This document shows, one piece after another, positions 1 through 10,400 of a DNA stretch of 64,000 bases. Both the position numbers and the translations under genes were made by a program. Source of the DNA: Calditrichota bacterium (lineage in GTDB: Bacteria > CLD3). Location of the stretch: assembly GCA_008501735.1 (NCBI GenBank), contig QQUF01000033.1, positions 65,727 to 129,726 on the forward strand. The letters are read 5' to 3'. The first letter of the stretch is position 1. Every line of letters begins with the position of its first letter. The notes beneath the pieces were generated by a model. It was given only the letters and a program-made list of their open reading frames with translations. It ran no database searches and was not told the DNA's origin.

Positions 1-671
1 GTGTTTTGTTGTCCGTGACCTGTTGTAAAGATTTTCATTTTTACAGAATCAGTTGTTGCATCAATGAATCTTTTTTGTGGTGTTAACTTATCAGCAATTG
101 GGTCATCTGGATTGCCATAAACTGTATAATAATTTTGCCAAAGATTTTCAACTTTAAATGGATATGAAACTGTTTCACCAATATCAGCTTCGATAAATTC
201 AAATTCAGTTGTAACTAACCAGCCTCTTTCACCACCAATGTAACTTTCGATTCGGCTTCTCATTGTTACAGAATCAGTAAGCATTGTTTGGTATTCGGTT
301 ACGTCCATTTCCCAAGTGCAAGAACCTGGTCCACCAGTTGTTTGCGGATTTATACTGTAAGGAGTGATGATTCTAGCAATTTCGTAGTAAGTAGTGTCAT
401 TAGTCCAAATATTAATGTAACCTGTTCTATCCCAAGGATCACAATCTGCACCTGGAGTTGAATATGGACAAGCAATTGTGTAGTAAAGAGTTACTTTACT
501 AAAAATTTTACCATTGTTGTCAGGAAAGACAAAAACTGAGTCGTGAGGGTCAGCCCAATTGTGAAATTCCTCATCAAAAGTAGTTACATAAGTAGTATCG
601 CCTGGAGCTGCAAATGAAAAATTTGCAACTGCGAGTAAAACGAAAATTAAAAGAGATAACTTTTTATTCAT
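1..671 (-). CDS. PNGase F-like (peptide-N4-(N-acetyl-beta-glucosaminyl)asparagine amidase F family) secreted protein. Only the N-terminal part is in the window; the gene runs off the left edge.
   Basis: Manual minus-strand translation from the ATG at 669-671 gives MNKKLSLLIFVLLAVANFSFA (signal peptide). It continues ...CDPWDRTGYINIWTNDTTYYEIARIITPY...WEMDVTEY... This parallels the PNGase F N-terminal domain motifs CDEWDR / YEIGRFITPY / IDVTDF as recalled from memory. The ORF is open to position 1. Confidence 0.55.
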   Translation of the reverse strand, partial: MNKKLSLLIFVLLAVANFSFAAPGDTTYVTTFDEEFHNWADPHDSVFVFPDNNGKIFSKVTLYYTIACPYSTPGADCDPWDRTGYINIWTNDTTYYEIARIITPYSINPQTTGGPGSCTWEMDVTEYQTMLTDSVTMRSRIESYIGGERGWLVTTEFEFIEADIGETVSYPFKVENLWQNYYTVYGNPDDPIADKLTPQKRFIDATTDSVKMKIFTTGHGQQN

Positions 672-699
672 TTTGTACCTATAGATTTAAAACTAAAGA

Positions 700-3600
700 T
701 TAATTATTTGCTGTAATTTTGTAAAAATATTTTGTATTTGCACCAACATTTGTATCCGTCCAAGAGTTGGTGTTTACATTTGCAATTTCTGTAAATCCCG
801 AATTAGGACTTGTGCTTCTATAAATTTTGTAAGAAATGGCTCCTGCTGTTGGATTCCAACTTAGAACAACATTTGTATTTGATTTTGAAATTGAAACTGG
901 TGTCATTTGTCCCAATGTTGAGCCAACAACCAATGTTACAGGAATTGTAATGTTTGCATTAGTTGTGTCGTCAGAATTTACCACTAAATCCACAGAATAA
1001 TTTCCGTTTATTAGGTTCGCCGCATCAAAATTTAATGTCAAATTATCGGTAGAAAGTGCCGAAACTGTTCCGCCATTTTGCGAAAGTGTCAACCAATTTG
1101 AAGTCTGTGTTGGTGGATAAAATTCAACTGCTAAATTATTTGTAACGTAAGCGGCATTTTGAACTACTTCAAGTCCGTCAGTTCCGCTTGAATTTTCAAT
1201 TCCAACAACTGCTCCCGTTAAAGTTCCTGTAATATTTTCGTATTGAAATTTAATTTCGCCGTTTGAATTGAGAATCATCTGAAATGTTGCACCGTTTGTT
1301 GTAGCGTATTCGGGCCAATCATCGAACTGAACAATAAATTCATTTCCATTTGTTTCGTAAAAAACGTCTCCTTGTGCACTTCCATCTAAGTCGTCCCAAA
1401 ACCCTGCAATTAAATTATTTGGAGTTCCACCTGAGGGTAAAGATTGGTTTATGTAAGTATCTCCTGTGAAAATGTCAAAAGTCAAAAATCCGTTGCTTCC
1501 AATGTAAACGTCTGAATAACTGTTTCCATAAAAATCGAAGGCAAAACCAATCGGAACAAACGCATAACCTTCGTCTTCTCCGTCATAAGTCGAAGTCGCT
1601 GTCCAATTTGTAGCTAAAGTTCCTGTCCCCGAAATATCTGTCCAAGAGTAAGTTGGTCCGTTTGGCTCGTTGGAGTCTTTCCATTCGTAACCAAAAGTGT
1701 CAGGACCTCCTGCGGAATTTGTTTGCGGAGTTCCTGTTCCGGCAGCCGAATTGTTGCCTTTCGGCAATTTGGTTGCAGAGATTTGTGAAGTATTTTTCTT
1801 GCTCGAAATTGGTGAAGTAACTGAATAATTTTGCAAACTTGCTGTGTAAGTTAAATCCGAAGAACCTGCGTTTGAATTTGTAATTCCGATAATTTGAGAA
1901 GAAGTCTGGCCACTTGCTAAAGTTTCGGAAATTGAATTTTGGCTTACATAAATTGTCGGAGCTTTGTCGTTTACAGTAATTCCAACAGTGCTTGCAGAGC
2001 TGCTCAAACTTCCGTCGTCAACAACAAGACTAAAAGTCAAAATTTCACTTCCGTTGATTTCTGGAGCGGTGAAAGTTGGATTTACAACTGAGTTTGAACT
2101 TAGAGTTACAGTTGTTCCGCTTGTTTGAGTCCAAGTATAATTTAATGGGTCATTCTCTGGGTCAGAGCTTCCTGAACCGTCAAGAGTAACTTGTAAACCT
2201 TCTGTAATTGTTTGATTTGAACCTGCGTTTGCTGTTGGAGGCTGATTTCCACCAGCGACAAGTGAGATTGGAATCGTTACAATTGGATTACTTGAGTCAT
2301 TTGAGTTAATTTGTAAATCCGCTGTATAAGTTCCGCTTGCTATTCCATTGGAATTGAAATCAAGTGTTAAATTAGTGCTTCCGTTTGCTGAAATAGCTCC
2401 ACTAATCGGTGAAACTGAAATCCAATTTGTGTTTGCTGGAGTTGTAAACTCGATTGCCATTGAATTTGCAACATAAAGTGCGTTGTTTATCACTGAAAGT
2501 CCATCAGTTCCATTAGCATCTTCAATTCCTACAGAACAACTGCTTGTTGATCCTAAAATATTTTCATATTGGATTTTGATTGAGCCATTCGAATTCAAAA
2601 TTACTTGGAAAGTATTTCCTGATGTAGTTCCATAATTTGGCCAATCGTCAAATTGAATTATAAATTCATTGCCAATAGTTTGATAAAAAACGTCTCCTTG
2701 AGCAGTTCCGTTTAAATCGTCCCAAAATCCTGCAATTAAATTATCTGGAATAGTTGAGCTTGGCAAAGATTGATTTGTCCAAGTATCTCCTGTGAAAGAA
2801 TCGAAGCTTACAAAACCATTAGTACAAATGTAAACACTCGTGTAAGTATTTCCATAAAAATCAAAATTGAAACCAATTGGTGCTTGAGCAATTCCTTCAT
2901 CTTTTGGGTCATAAGATGAAATTGCTGTCCAAGTTGCAAGATTTCCAGTTCCTGAAATGTCTGTCCAATTGTAAGTTGGTCCGCTGATTTCATTAGAATC
3001 TTTCCATTCATAACCAAAAGTATCAGGTCCTCCGAAAGAATTTAATTGTGGGTTTCCTGTTCCGCTTTTAGAATTATCGCCTTTTGACAAGTTTTGAGTA
3101 ATTTGTGAAATTACTGAATTGCCTTTTTTCTTTTGCGGTGAAGTCGAAGTTAAGTTTTGCAAACTTGCAGTAAAAGTCAAATCTGGTGAACCTGCTGCAA
3201 TGTTAGAAACCATTACATTTTGGCTTGAAGTCTGCCCAAGAGCAAGATTTTCATTCACAGAACTTGGTGAGACCGAAATTGTAGGTGGAATTACAAATGA
3301 ATTCTCGACTGAGACATCGTCAATACAAATATCACTTGTGTAACCTGAACCTGTAATGGCTCTAAATCTAACACGAATATTCTCACCTGCAAAAGCTGAA
3401 AGGTCAACTGTTGCTTCTTGCCAAACATCAGAACTTGAAGTTTGCTGTTGTCCTGTAAGTGTAAAAACAGAGTTTGTGTAGGTGTTAGTTCCTAAGTCCA
3501 AAACATCAATGTCAAGACTTCCCATTTCCAGTCCGTAAAGGTGAAACCAAAATTTTAGCTCTGGAGAACTTATTGAAGTAAAATCGAAACAAGGAGAAAG

Positions 3601-5811
3601 CAAGTAAGAAATTTTGCTCGGATAGTTTGGAGAAGAAGATTCTGTATAAAGATAACTTCCACTTCCGCTTGTGTTGTCTCCATTTGGTCCTGTATTTGAA
3701 GAAGGTGTTGGACCAGAAATTACACTCCAATCAAAATCTTCACCGCTCACATTTTCCCAACCGTCAGCGGAAATCGCTAAAGGTTCGGAAAAAGTATCAA
3801 AATTTTGTGCGTAAGGGTAAGCAGTGACACAAGGAGCAGAAATATTTATTTGAAGCGGGTTTGTAAATCCATTCGACGGAACAAGTGGAAACAGTCCGTT
3901 TGAACTTGTTTCATATTTCAAATAAATTGAGTACTGACCGCCAGGAGAAGTAATATTTGGTTTTGAAAAATTAAGAGTTTGCGTTGCACCGCTTACCAAA
4001 GTTTGGTTATTAAGAACATCTATGTCAGCAATAAAACCACCATTCACATCGTGAAGTGCTAAGTAAAAATTGCCGTTCCAAGTTTGTGAATCTGTGTTTT
4101 GAACTGAAACGGTTGCACTTACAGATTGTCCTGTTACCATAGGATTTGGAGTTACAGCAATTGCGGAAGTCATCACAACAGTTGTTGGAATTGAAACAAA
4201 TTGGACGGCAGACATTGCATTCACACTTCCGTAACCGAGTTCATTCGACCAAGTTCCGTTCGGCTGATTTGAAACACCTGAATTGTAAGAGTAACCACCA
4301 ACTTTATCGCAAGTTGACTCAATTGCGAAACGAGCCTGAGTTTCCGTCAAAGTTGGGTCTGCGGACAAAATCAAAGCCATTACTCCCGCCGCATTTGGGC
4401 AAGCACTCGAAGTTCCGTTAAAAGTTGCTGTGTAATCTCCACTGTTATAGCCAAGTACACCTGAAATATCAGTTGTATAAATTTTTACTCCAGGAGCAGC
4501 AATGTCAAGATTTGTTCCATAATTTGAACCCCACCAACTTTCGTTGTCGCAAGAAGAAGGGCTTTTTCTTTCGTTACACATACTCATTGCTGCAACAGAA
4601 ATTACATCTGAAAGATAGGCTGGATAATTAACGGAAGAATCGTCATTTCCAGCTGAGAAAAGCACAGGTGAACCAAGTCCTCCTCTTCCACTTGTAATTG
4701 CACCATTAATTGCAGAATTTATTGCTGAAGAACTGCTTCCACCTCCCCAAGAATTGCTCAAAATATCTGCATTTCCTGTTTGCCAAGCCCAATTTGTTGC
4801 ATTTGCAATCCAAGTATTTGAAGTTACCCAACCGCTTCCGTCGTCGTAAGCAATTCTTACAGGAACGATTTTGCAAGAGTAAGCGACTCCTGCGACTCCG
4901 ATTGAATTATTTGCAGTTGCGGCAACAATTCCCGCACAAGCAGTTCCGTGAGCGTCATCGTTTGAAGGAGCTCCGTTACTTCCTTGTCCTGTTGCGTCGT
5001 AACCTGGAAGCAAATTTCCGACTAAGTCAGGGTGAACCAAATCAACACCTTCATCAAGAATTGCAACTTTTATGCTTGAAGAACCTGTTGTCATATTCCA
5101 AGCAAGGTCAACGTCCATATCTGCATCATTCACTCCGTTCCAAGTGCTTGTGTTTGTGCCTGTGTTTTCAAGCGACCATTGATTTCCGTAAAAAGTGTCG
5201 TTTGTAAATTTTTTGAGTAAAAGAATAAAATTAGGCTCTGAGTATTCAAAAATACCAGTTTCATAAAATTTATTTGCTAATTCCAAAGCATTACCAGAAG
5301 AATTTTTGTCTGCTAAAAGCGTGTAAAGATTTGGTTGAAATTCGTTTTCGGCAAGAATCCTAACGTCATTATTTTTTGCTAATTTTTCAAGTTTTCCAAA
5401 GTCAGAATGGCTTCTAAGTTTTACCAAAAACTCTTCCCAAATTCCTTGATAGGTTCCGTCTTCATAAATTAGAAAAGGAGTTGCATAAAGGATTTCATTT
5501 TTGGCTTCAAGTCTTGCCAAAAGGCTTTCAATTTCTGAATCTGAAATTTTATCTTTTAATGTTACAATTGAAATTTTCGGTGCAGGAAGTTCCATTTTTT
5601 TAGTAAAAAGATTTAGGCTTTTCTCATTTTTAAGTAGAACTTTCTTTTCCTCAAAGGTAAGATTATTGGAAAATTTGATAATTATTTTGTCAGTTGCTAA
5701 ATTTAAACTTTGTTCTCCATCGGGAGAATAATAAAAGTGATTTTTTGAAAAAATTAAATTTGATGATACAACAATAAAAAAAAAGCAAAATGCTTTGGTA
5801 AAAATGTTCAT
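700..5811 (-). CDS. Giant secreted subtilisin-like (S8) serine protease, 1703 aa. Domain order: signal peptide, S8 catalytic domain, MAM domain, NIDO-like domain 1, PKD domain, NIDO-like domain 2, C-terminal FN3 domain.
   Basis: The N-terminus has a signal peptide. Catalytic triad motifs are VAILDEGVD (Asp), DDAHGTACAGIV (His) and NGTSSACPNAAG (Ser). The MAM-like block is FDWSVISGP...CFDFTSISSPELKFWFHLYG...IRVRFRAITG. Two roughly 165-aa internal repeats share about 70% identity (GGPDTFGYEWKDSNE...PIGF.FDFYGN.Y..VYI..NGF..F...IAGFWDDL.G). They resemble the eukaryotic NIDO domain (PF..FYG..Y.SLYVN.NG.ISF...IAPFWADVD). The PKD-like block is NAGSNQTITEGLQVTLDGSGSSDPENDPLNYTW. The C-terminus (LSWNPTAGAISYKIYRS...KYFYKITA) looks like FN3, not a T9SS CTD. 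Confidence 0.85.
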   Translation of the reverse strand: MNIFTKAFCFFFIVVSSNLIFSKNHFYYSPDGEQSLNLATDKIIIKFSNNLTFEEKKVLLKNEKSLNLFTKKMELPAPKISIVTLKDKISDSEIESLLARLEAKNEILYATPFLIYEDGTYQGIWEEFLVKLRSHSDFGKLEKLAKNNDVRILAENEFQPNLYTLLADKNSSGNALELANKFYETGIFEYSEPNFILLLKKFTNDTFYGNQWSLENTGTNTSTWNGVNDADMDVDLAWNMTTGSSSIKVAILDEGVDLVHPDLVGNLLPGYDATGQGSNGAPSNDDAHGTACAGIVAATANNSIGVAGVAYSCKIVPVRIAYDDGSGWVTSNTWIANATNWAWQTGNADILSNSWGGGSSSSAINSAINGAITSGRGGLGSPVLFSAGNDDSSVNYPAYLSDVISVAAMSMCNERKSPSSCDNESWWGSNYGTNLDIAAPGVKIYTTDISGVLGYNSGDYTATFNGTSSACPNAAGVMALILSADPTLTETQARFAIESTCDKVGGYSYNSGVSNQPNGTWSNELGYGSVNAMSAVQFVSIPTTVVMTSAIAVTPNPMVTGQSVSATVSVQNTDSQTWNGNFYLALHDVNGGFIADIDVLNNQTLVSGATQTLNFSKPNITSPGGQYSIYLKYETSSNGLFPLVPSNGFTNPLQINISAPCVTAYPYAQNFDTFSEPLAISADGWENVSGEDFDWSVISGPTPSSNTGPNGDNTSGSGSYLYTESSSPNYPSKISYLLSPCFDFTSISSPELKFWFHLYGLEMGSLDIDVLDLGTNTYTNSVFTLTGQQQTSSSDVWQEATVDLSAFAGENIRVRFRAITGSGYTSDICIDDVSVENSFVIPPTISVSPSSVNENLALGQTSSQNVMVSNIAAGSPDLTFTASLQNLTSTSPQKKKGNSVISQITQNLSKGDNSKSGTGNPQLNSFGGPDTFGYEWKDSNEISGPTYNWTDISGTGNLATWTAISSYDPKDEGIAQAPIGFNFDFYGNTYTSVYICTNGFVSFDSFTGDTWTNQSLPSSTIPDNLIAGFWDDLNGTAQGDVFYQTIGNEFIIQFDDWPNYGTTSGNTFQVILNSNGSIKIQYENILGSTSSCSVGIEDANGTDGLSVINNALYVANSMAIEFTTPANTNWISVSPISGAISANGSTNLTLDFNSNGIASGTYTADLQINSNDSSNPIVTIPISLVAGGNQPPTANAGSNQTITEGLQVTLDGSGSSDPENDPLNYTWTQTSGTTVTLSSNSVVNPTFTAPEINGSEILTFSLVVDDGSLSSSASTVGITVNDKAPTIYVSQNSISETLASGQTSSQIIGITNSNAGSSDLTYTASLQNYSVTSPISSKKNTSQISATKLPKGNNSAAGTGTPQTNSAGGPDTFGYEWKDSNEPNGPTYSWTDISGTGTLATNWTATSTYDGEDEGYAFVPIGFAFDFYGNSYSDVYIGSNGFLTFDIFTGDTYINQSLPSGGTPNNLIAGFWDDLDGSAQGDVFYETNGNEFIVQFDDWPEYATTNGATFQMILNSNGEIKFQYENITGTLTGAVVGIENSSGTDGLEVVQNAAYVTNNLAVEFYPPTQTSNWLTLSQNGGTVSALSTDNLTLNFDAANLINGNYSVDLVVNSDDTTNANITIPVTLVVGSTLGQMTPVSISKSNTNVVLSWNPTAGAISYKIYRSTSPNSGFTEIANVNTNSWTDTNVGANTKYFYKITANN

Positions 5812-5898
5812 TTAAATGCTCCACAGCTTAAAGTTTTATTCTAATGAATTTACTTTAAGAGGATTCAAAAGTCAATTTGCTTATTTTAGAGCATTTTT

Positions 5899-7347
5899 TC
5901 AGATATCGTCTAAATCTAATTTCTTCGGTAAATCCACCATATCAACATTATCTAAATATTTTACTAATTGAGGATCTTTTACAGATTTAAACCTATCCAA
6001 AATTTCAATTATTTTTTTGACAGACTTTTCCAATTTGAGAAATAGGTTTTGTTCTTTTGTGCTTAATTCTATTTCTATTGACTCTTTAAGTAATTCAATT
6101 ATTCCAATAATTACTGTAATTGGCTGGTTTAACTCGTGATTTGCTGTCACAACAGTTGCGAGGAATGTAGCCTTTCTTTCTGACTCAATTAACTGTTTCT
6201 GCATTTGTTTTAGTTTATTATTTGCCGATAAAAGTTCTACATTTTTGAATCTATATAACTCTGTTTCATACTTTTTTTGTATCTCAATTGATTTAATGTG
6301 AAAAATTTCATTTCTAAATTTAGTTTGTAATTCTAAAATCTTCTTTGATGATTCTTCGCTTAAAATTTCATCCTTAATTTCTGAATAAACTCTTTGATTC
6401 TCATATGCTAGTTCAAATTCTTTACTCTTAGCATAAACCTTTGATAACAAATAAGTTATATCCTTTAAAGTAATTTTGTTTTTCAGTTCTTCTGCTATTT
6501 TTAAAGCAATTTGTAAGTTCTCGATAGCTTTTTCATAATTGCCTAGTTCGAAATAAGTATTTCCAATTATTTTGTAAGACTCTAAAATTCCAGTTTTAAT
6601 ATTATTTTTTTTATAAAAAGATAAAGCAAAATTTGAATTTGAAATCGCTAATAAATACTCTTTTTTTGCTAAATGTAATGAACCTAATTTATTTAAAGAA
6701 CTTGCTATTCCCTTAGAGTCATCTAATTTTTCTTTAATTTTGAGAGCTTTGTTATAAGCCTCAAAAGATTTTTCATATTCTTTTAAGGCTAAAAATATAT
6801 TTCCAATATTATCTAAGGTATATGTTATTAATCTTTTTTCGTCAACCTCCTTGAAACATTCTTTTGCTTCTTTGTAGTATTTAATCGCTTCTTCTAGTCT
6901 ATTAATTTTTTTATAAATCACACCTATATTATTAAATGCTATTCCAATTTGCCTTTTATCTTGAGTTTCTTTACAAATACTTAAAATGCGAAAATTTAAT
7001 TCTAAGGTTCTCTCAAAATTTCCCAACTTAAAATAATAATCACTAATACAATTAATACTTTTAACTAAATTCTTTTTATCATTTAATCTTTTAAAAATTT
7101 TATAAGCTCTTAAGAAATATTTTAATGCTTCATATATATTCCCTTTTTCCACAAAAAGAATCCCAATGCAAATATTACTTTTCCCCTCTCCAACTTTAAA
7201 ATTAATCTTTTCTGAATCGGTTTTTGCTTTTTCAAAATAAAGTTGACTTTTATCAAAATCGCATGACTTTTGATACTCTTTGCCTTTTTGAATGAGCTCT
7301 TCAACTTCACTAAATTTATCAGAATTAATGTCTGTTTTGATTTTCAA
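5899..7347 (-). CDS. TPR-repeat protein with a C-terminal HisKA (DHp) phosphoacceptor domain. It has no HATPase_c catalytic domain and no transmembrane segment.
   Basis: There are 7 or more TPR-like repeats (…YEKAIENLQIALKIAEEL…). These are followed by a coiled coil and then ATFLATVVTANHELNQPITVIIGIIELL. That segment matches the H-box (xxHELRxPL) of histidine kinases. Only about 65 aa follow it, with no N/G1/G2 ATP-binding boxes. Confidence 0.7.
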   Translation of the reverse strand: MKIKTDINSDKFSEVEELIQKGKEYQKSCDFDKSQLYFEKAKTDSEKINFKVGEGKSNICIGILFVEKGNIYEALKYFLRAYKIFKRLNDKKNLVKSINCISDYYFKLGNFERTLELNFRILSICKETQDKRQIGIAFNNIGVIYKKINRLEEAIKYYKEAKECFKEVDEKRLITYTLDNIGNIFLALKEYEKSFEAYNKALKIKEKLDDSKGIASSLNKLGSLHLAKKEYLLAISNSNFALSFYKKNNIKTGILESYKIIGNTYFELGNYEKAIENLQIALKIAEELKNKITLKDITYLLSKVYAKSKEFELAYENQRVYSEIKDEILSEESSKKILELQTKFRNEIFHIKSIEIQKKYETELYRFKNVELLSANNKLKQMQKQLIESERKATFLATVVTANHELNQPITVIIGIIELLKESIEIELSTKEQNLFLKLEKSVKKIIEILDRFKSVKDPQLVKYLDNVDMVDLPKKLDLDDI

Positions 7348-7469
7348 TTTCAGTTTCTTTATTAAAAATTATTGTTATGTTTAGAAACAAATTAATGTTC
7401 AAATAAATTTCTGAAATTATCAAAAAAACTTCGTCAATGACCTAAATCACATAATTTTACCTTTCATAA

Positions 7470-10400
7470 CTACTCAACAGTTACAACATAAAACCATTTC
7501 CCACTACTTACCGCACCAAAATCTGTAAAATTTAAATTCGTGGTTTGCCCGATTGGTGTTAACCCTGAAACATCGGTAATCGGTATTGATTCTCTATAAA
7601 TTTTATAATTCGTTCCGCCACTAACAGCTGACCAATTCAAACTTATGTCGTTTCCATTCTCTATAATTTGTAAATCTGTAATTGCAGGTAAAACCCCTGA
7701 ACTTACAGTTATGTAATCCACTCTTAAAGTGTCATCAGAATTTGCTCCATTGAAAACTGCGAGACGAACCGAGTAAGTTCCTGCACTTGTGTAAATATGA
7801 GTAGGATTTTGAGTAGAATCGTCAACAACTCCATCGTTATCAAAATCCCATTGCCAAGTTTGAATTTGTTCAGGAAAGGAAAACGATAAATCCGTAAAAT
7901 CAACACTCAAAGGAGCATTTCCACTTTGAACATTGCTTATAAAGTTTGCTTCCAAAGGAATTGGCAAATCATTAAAAGTTACTAAATCTAAAGTCTGCAA
8001 AGTCTGAGTTTCGTCTAAAATTAGTTGTCTATTTCCAATCGAATCTTCCCAGACAGTTGTTCCGGTACTCGTCAAGTAAATAAATTTGTATTCCTGTTGA
8101 ATATCAGCACAAACTGGAAAATTATAAGTCCCTGCAAAAATGTCATCTGTAAGCTGTGTAAGCTGAAAATCAAAAACGTCCCAATTATTAAATGTTCCAA
8201 CTACATAAGAACTTAATACATTGTCCTGAACTCCTCCAAGGTGAACTTGAAAATAAATATCAGAGGTTTGAGCAGTTTTCAAAATTGCCGAGTCATCAAA
8301 AATCACTTCATCTAAAACAGTGTCTCCGTTTGCTTCACTTAGTTGTAAAATCCTGTTCTGAATACCATTTTCCCACTGAATCGTAGAGTCTCCGTCAGCG
8401 TAGAAAATAAATTTATACTCCTGACTTTTCGTATCACCAACTTGGAATTGATGAATTCCTTCAAAAACTAAATCTGAATTAGAATCCGTTAAAGTCATCG
8501 AATTGTTCAGCCAATCGGTAAAACTTCCAACAACTTTTACACTATCTAAAGTCGCATCGCAAAAATTATACAAATTCACTTTAAATGTTGCGTTAATATT
8601 TTGCGTCAAAACATCACCAAAACTTGCCAAATCCAAAGTTTGTGAGTTGTTCAAGTCGTCAATCGTAAAACTTCGATTTCCAGTGTTTTCCCAAAAAATA
8701 TCCGTTCCGTCAGAATAAGTAAATTTAAAATTTTGGACTTTCTCACTACAACTAGGAAAATTTAAAGTCAAATCGTAAATATTACCGCTCACCAAATTCA
8801 TTTCCAAGCTATCGGCTTGCCAATTAGCAAAATCACCTGTTACAAAAATATTTGTAAAACCGCTTTGAATCGAACTCACATCAACTTGAAAAGTAACGTC
8901 TACTCCTTGAGTAGTTACGTTTGTCGGCGGAATTTCATTGAAGAAAACTGTTGCCAAAGTCGTGTCAGAATTTGAATCGTCAATCGAAAGTAAACGGTTT
9001 CCGATTTCATCTTCCCAATGAATTTCAATTGTAGAATCCGAGTAGTAAACAAATTTAAATTCTTGTTCAGAAGTGTCTCCAATACTAAAAGTGTGAGAAA
9101 TTTCATAAATATTATCGTTGTTCAAATCTTCCATTTTTATCGGAGAAACTGGCCAATTTGTGAAAGTTCCAACTAACTTCACGCTGTCAATCTGAACAGC
9201 ACACAAAGCACTTAAATCAACTGAAAAATCAACTTCAACATTTTGCGAAATTCCACCTTGTTGGCTTGCGGCGATGTAGTTTACTTTTGTCAAAGTATCG
9301 CTCAAAGTTCCGTCTGAAACGATTAAAGTAACGTCATAATTTCCGACTGTGTTAAACGCGAAATTTGGATTTTTATCGGTTTTGTCAATTGTTCCGTCTG
9401 AATCGAAATCCCATTCCCAACTTGTTATCGGACTTGCTCCGTCAACCGAAAGGTCAACGAAATCAACGCTTAAAGGAACATTTCCACTCAAAGGAGTTGC
9501 GGAAAATCCTGCTTGCGGACTAATCGGCAAATTGTTGAAAGTAACTAAATCCAAAGTTTGAGTTGTGTCAGAGTCGTTAATTTGTAAGTTTCTGTTTGAG
9601 ATTTGAGTTTCCCAAACAAAGTCTGTTCCGTTGTGATAAACGAATTTGTAATCTTGTTCTCCGTCTGAACATTCAGCAAAGAAATTGCTTCCTCCGTAAA
9701 CGGTACCACTAATTTGTTCTAATTTCAAACCTGTTGGATTCCACCCGAAAAACTCACCAGTAACAAAAACCGAGTCAACATTTTCAGTAACAACACTCAA
9801 ATCAACTTGAAAAGTAACTTCTACGCCTTGAGAAATTGAACTTGAGTAAGTGTCGTTAAAGAAAATGGTGTTTAAAGTAGAATCTGCAACTGTTTCGTCT
9901 AAAGTTAAAATTCTGTTAGCAACTGATTCCCAGTTCGGACTTGCGTTTCCATTCAAAAAATTAATAAACTTAAATTCTTGGTTTACAACCGTTCCTGCAA
10001 CAAAAAGATAACTTCCTGTAAAAATCAAATCTCCGTCAGAATCGGTTAATTCCAAGGCATTTGCACCTGAGTTCCAGCCTGTGAAAGTTCCAGTTGCTTT
10101 TACAGAATCAATTTGGTCGTTGCAAAAAGCACTCAAGTCAACTTGGAATGTAACCAAAACATCTTGGTCAACTCCGTCCAAAGCAACGTCAATGTGGTTA
10201 TTTTTCGTTTCGGTCAAAGTTGTTGCTCCGTCTGAAACAGTTAGCGAAACCGTGTAAGAACCTTGTGAATTGTAAATGTAAGTTGCAGTTTGCCCTGTTG
10301 CATCGGTTGTTCCGTTTCCGTCAAAATCCCAGTTCCAAGACTGAATCGGATTTGCTCCGGCTTTTGCAAGGCTTACAAAATTTACTTCCAAAGGCAAATT

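Noticed and set aside
2808-5731. Several 60-165-aa ORFs in the track (e.g. 2808..3017, 3119..3343, 3512..3730, 4146..4421, 4710..5207, 5501..5731) that lie inside or antisense to the 1703-aa protease gene.
   Set aside because: They overlap a long ORF with strong domain content. They are low-complexity, His/Arg/Lys-rich translations typical of antisense frames in AT-rich DNA. They have no motifs.
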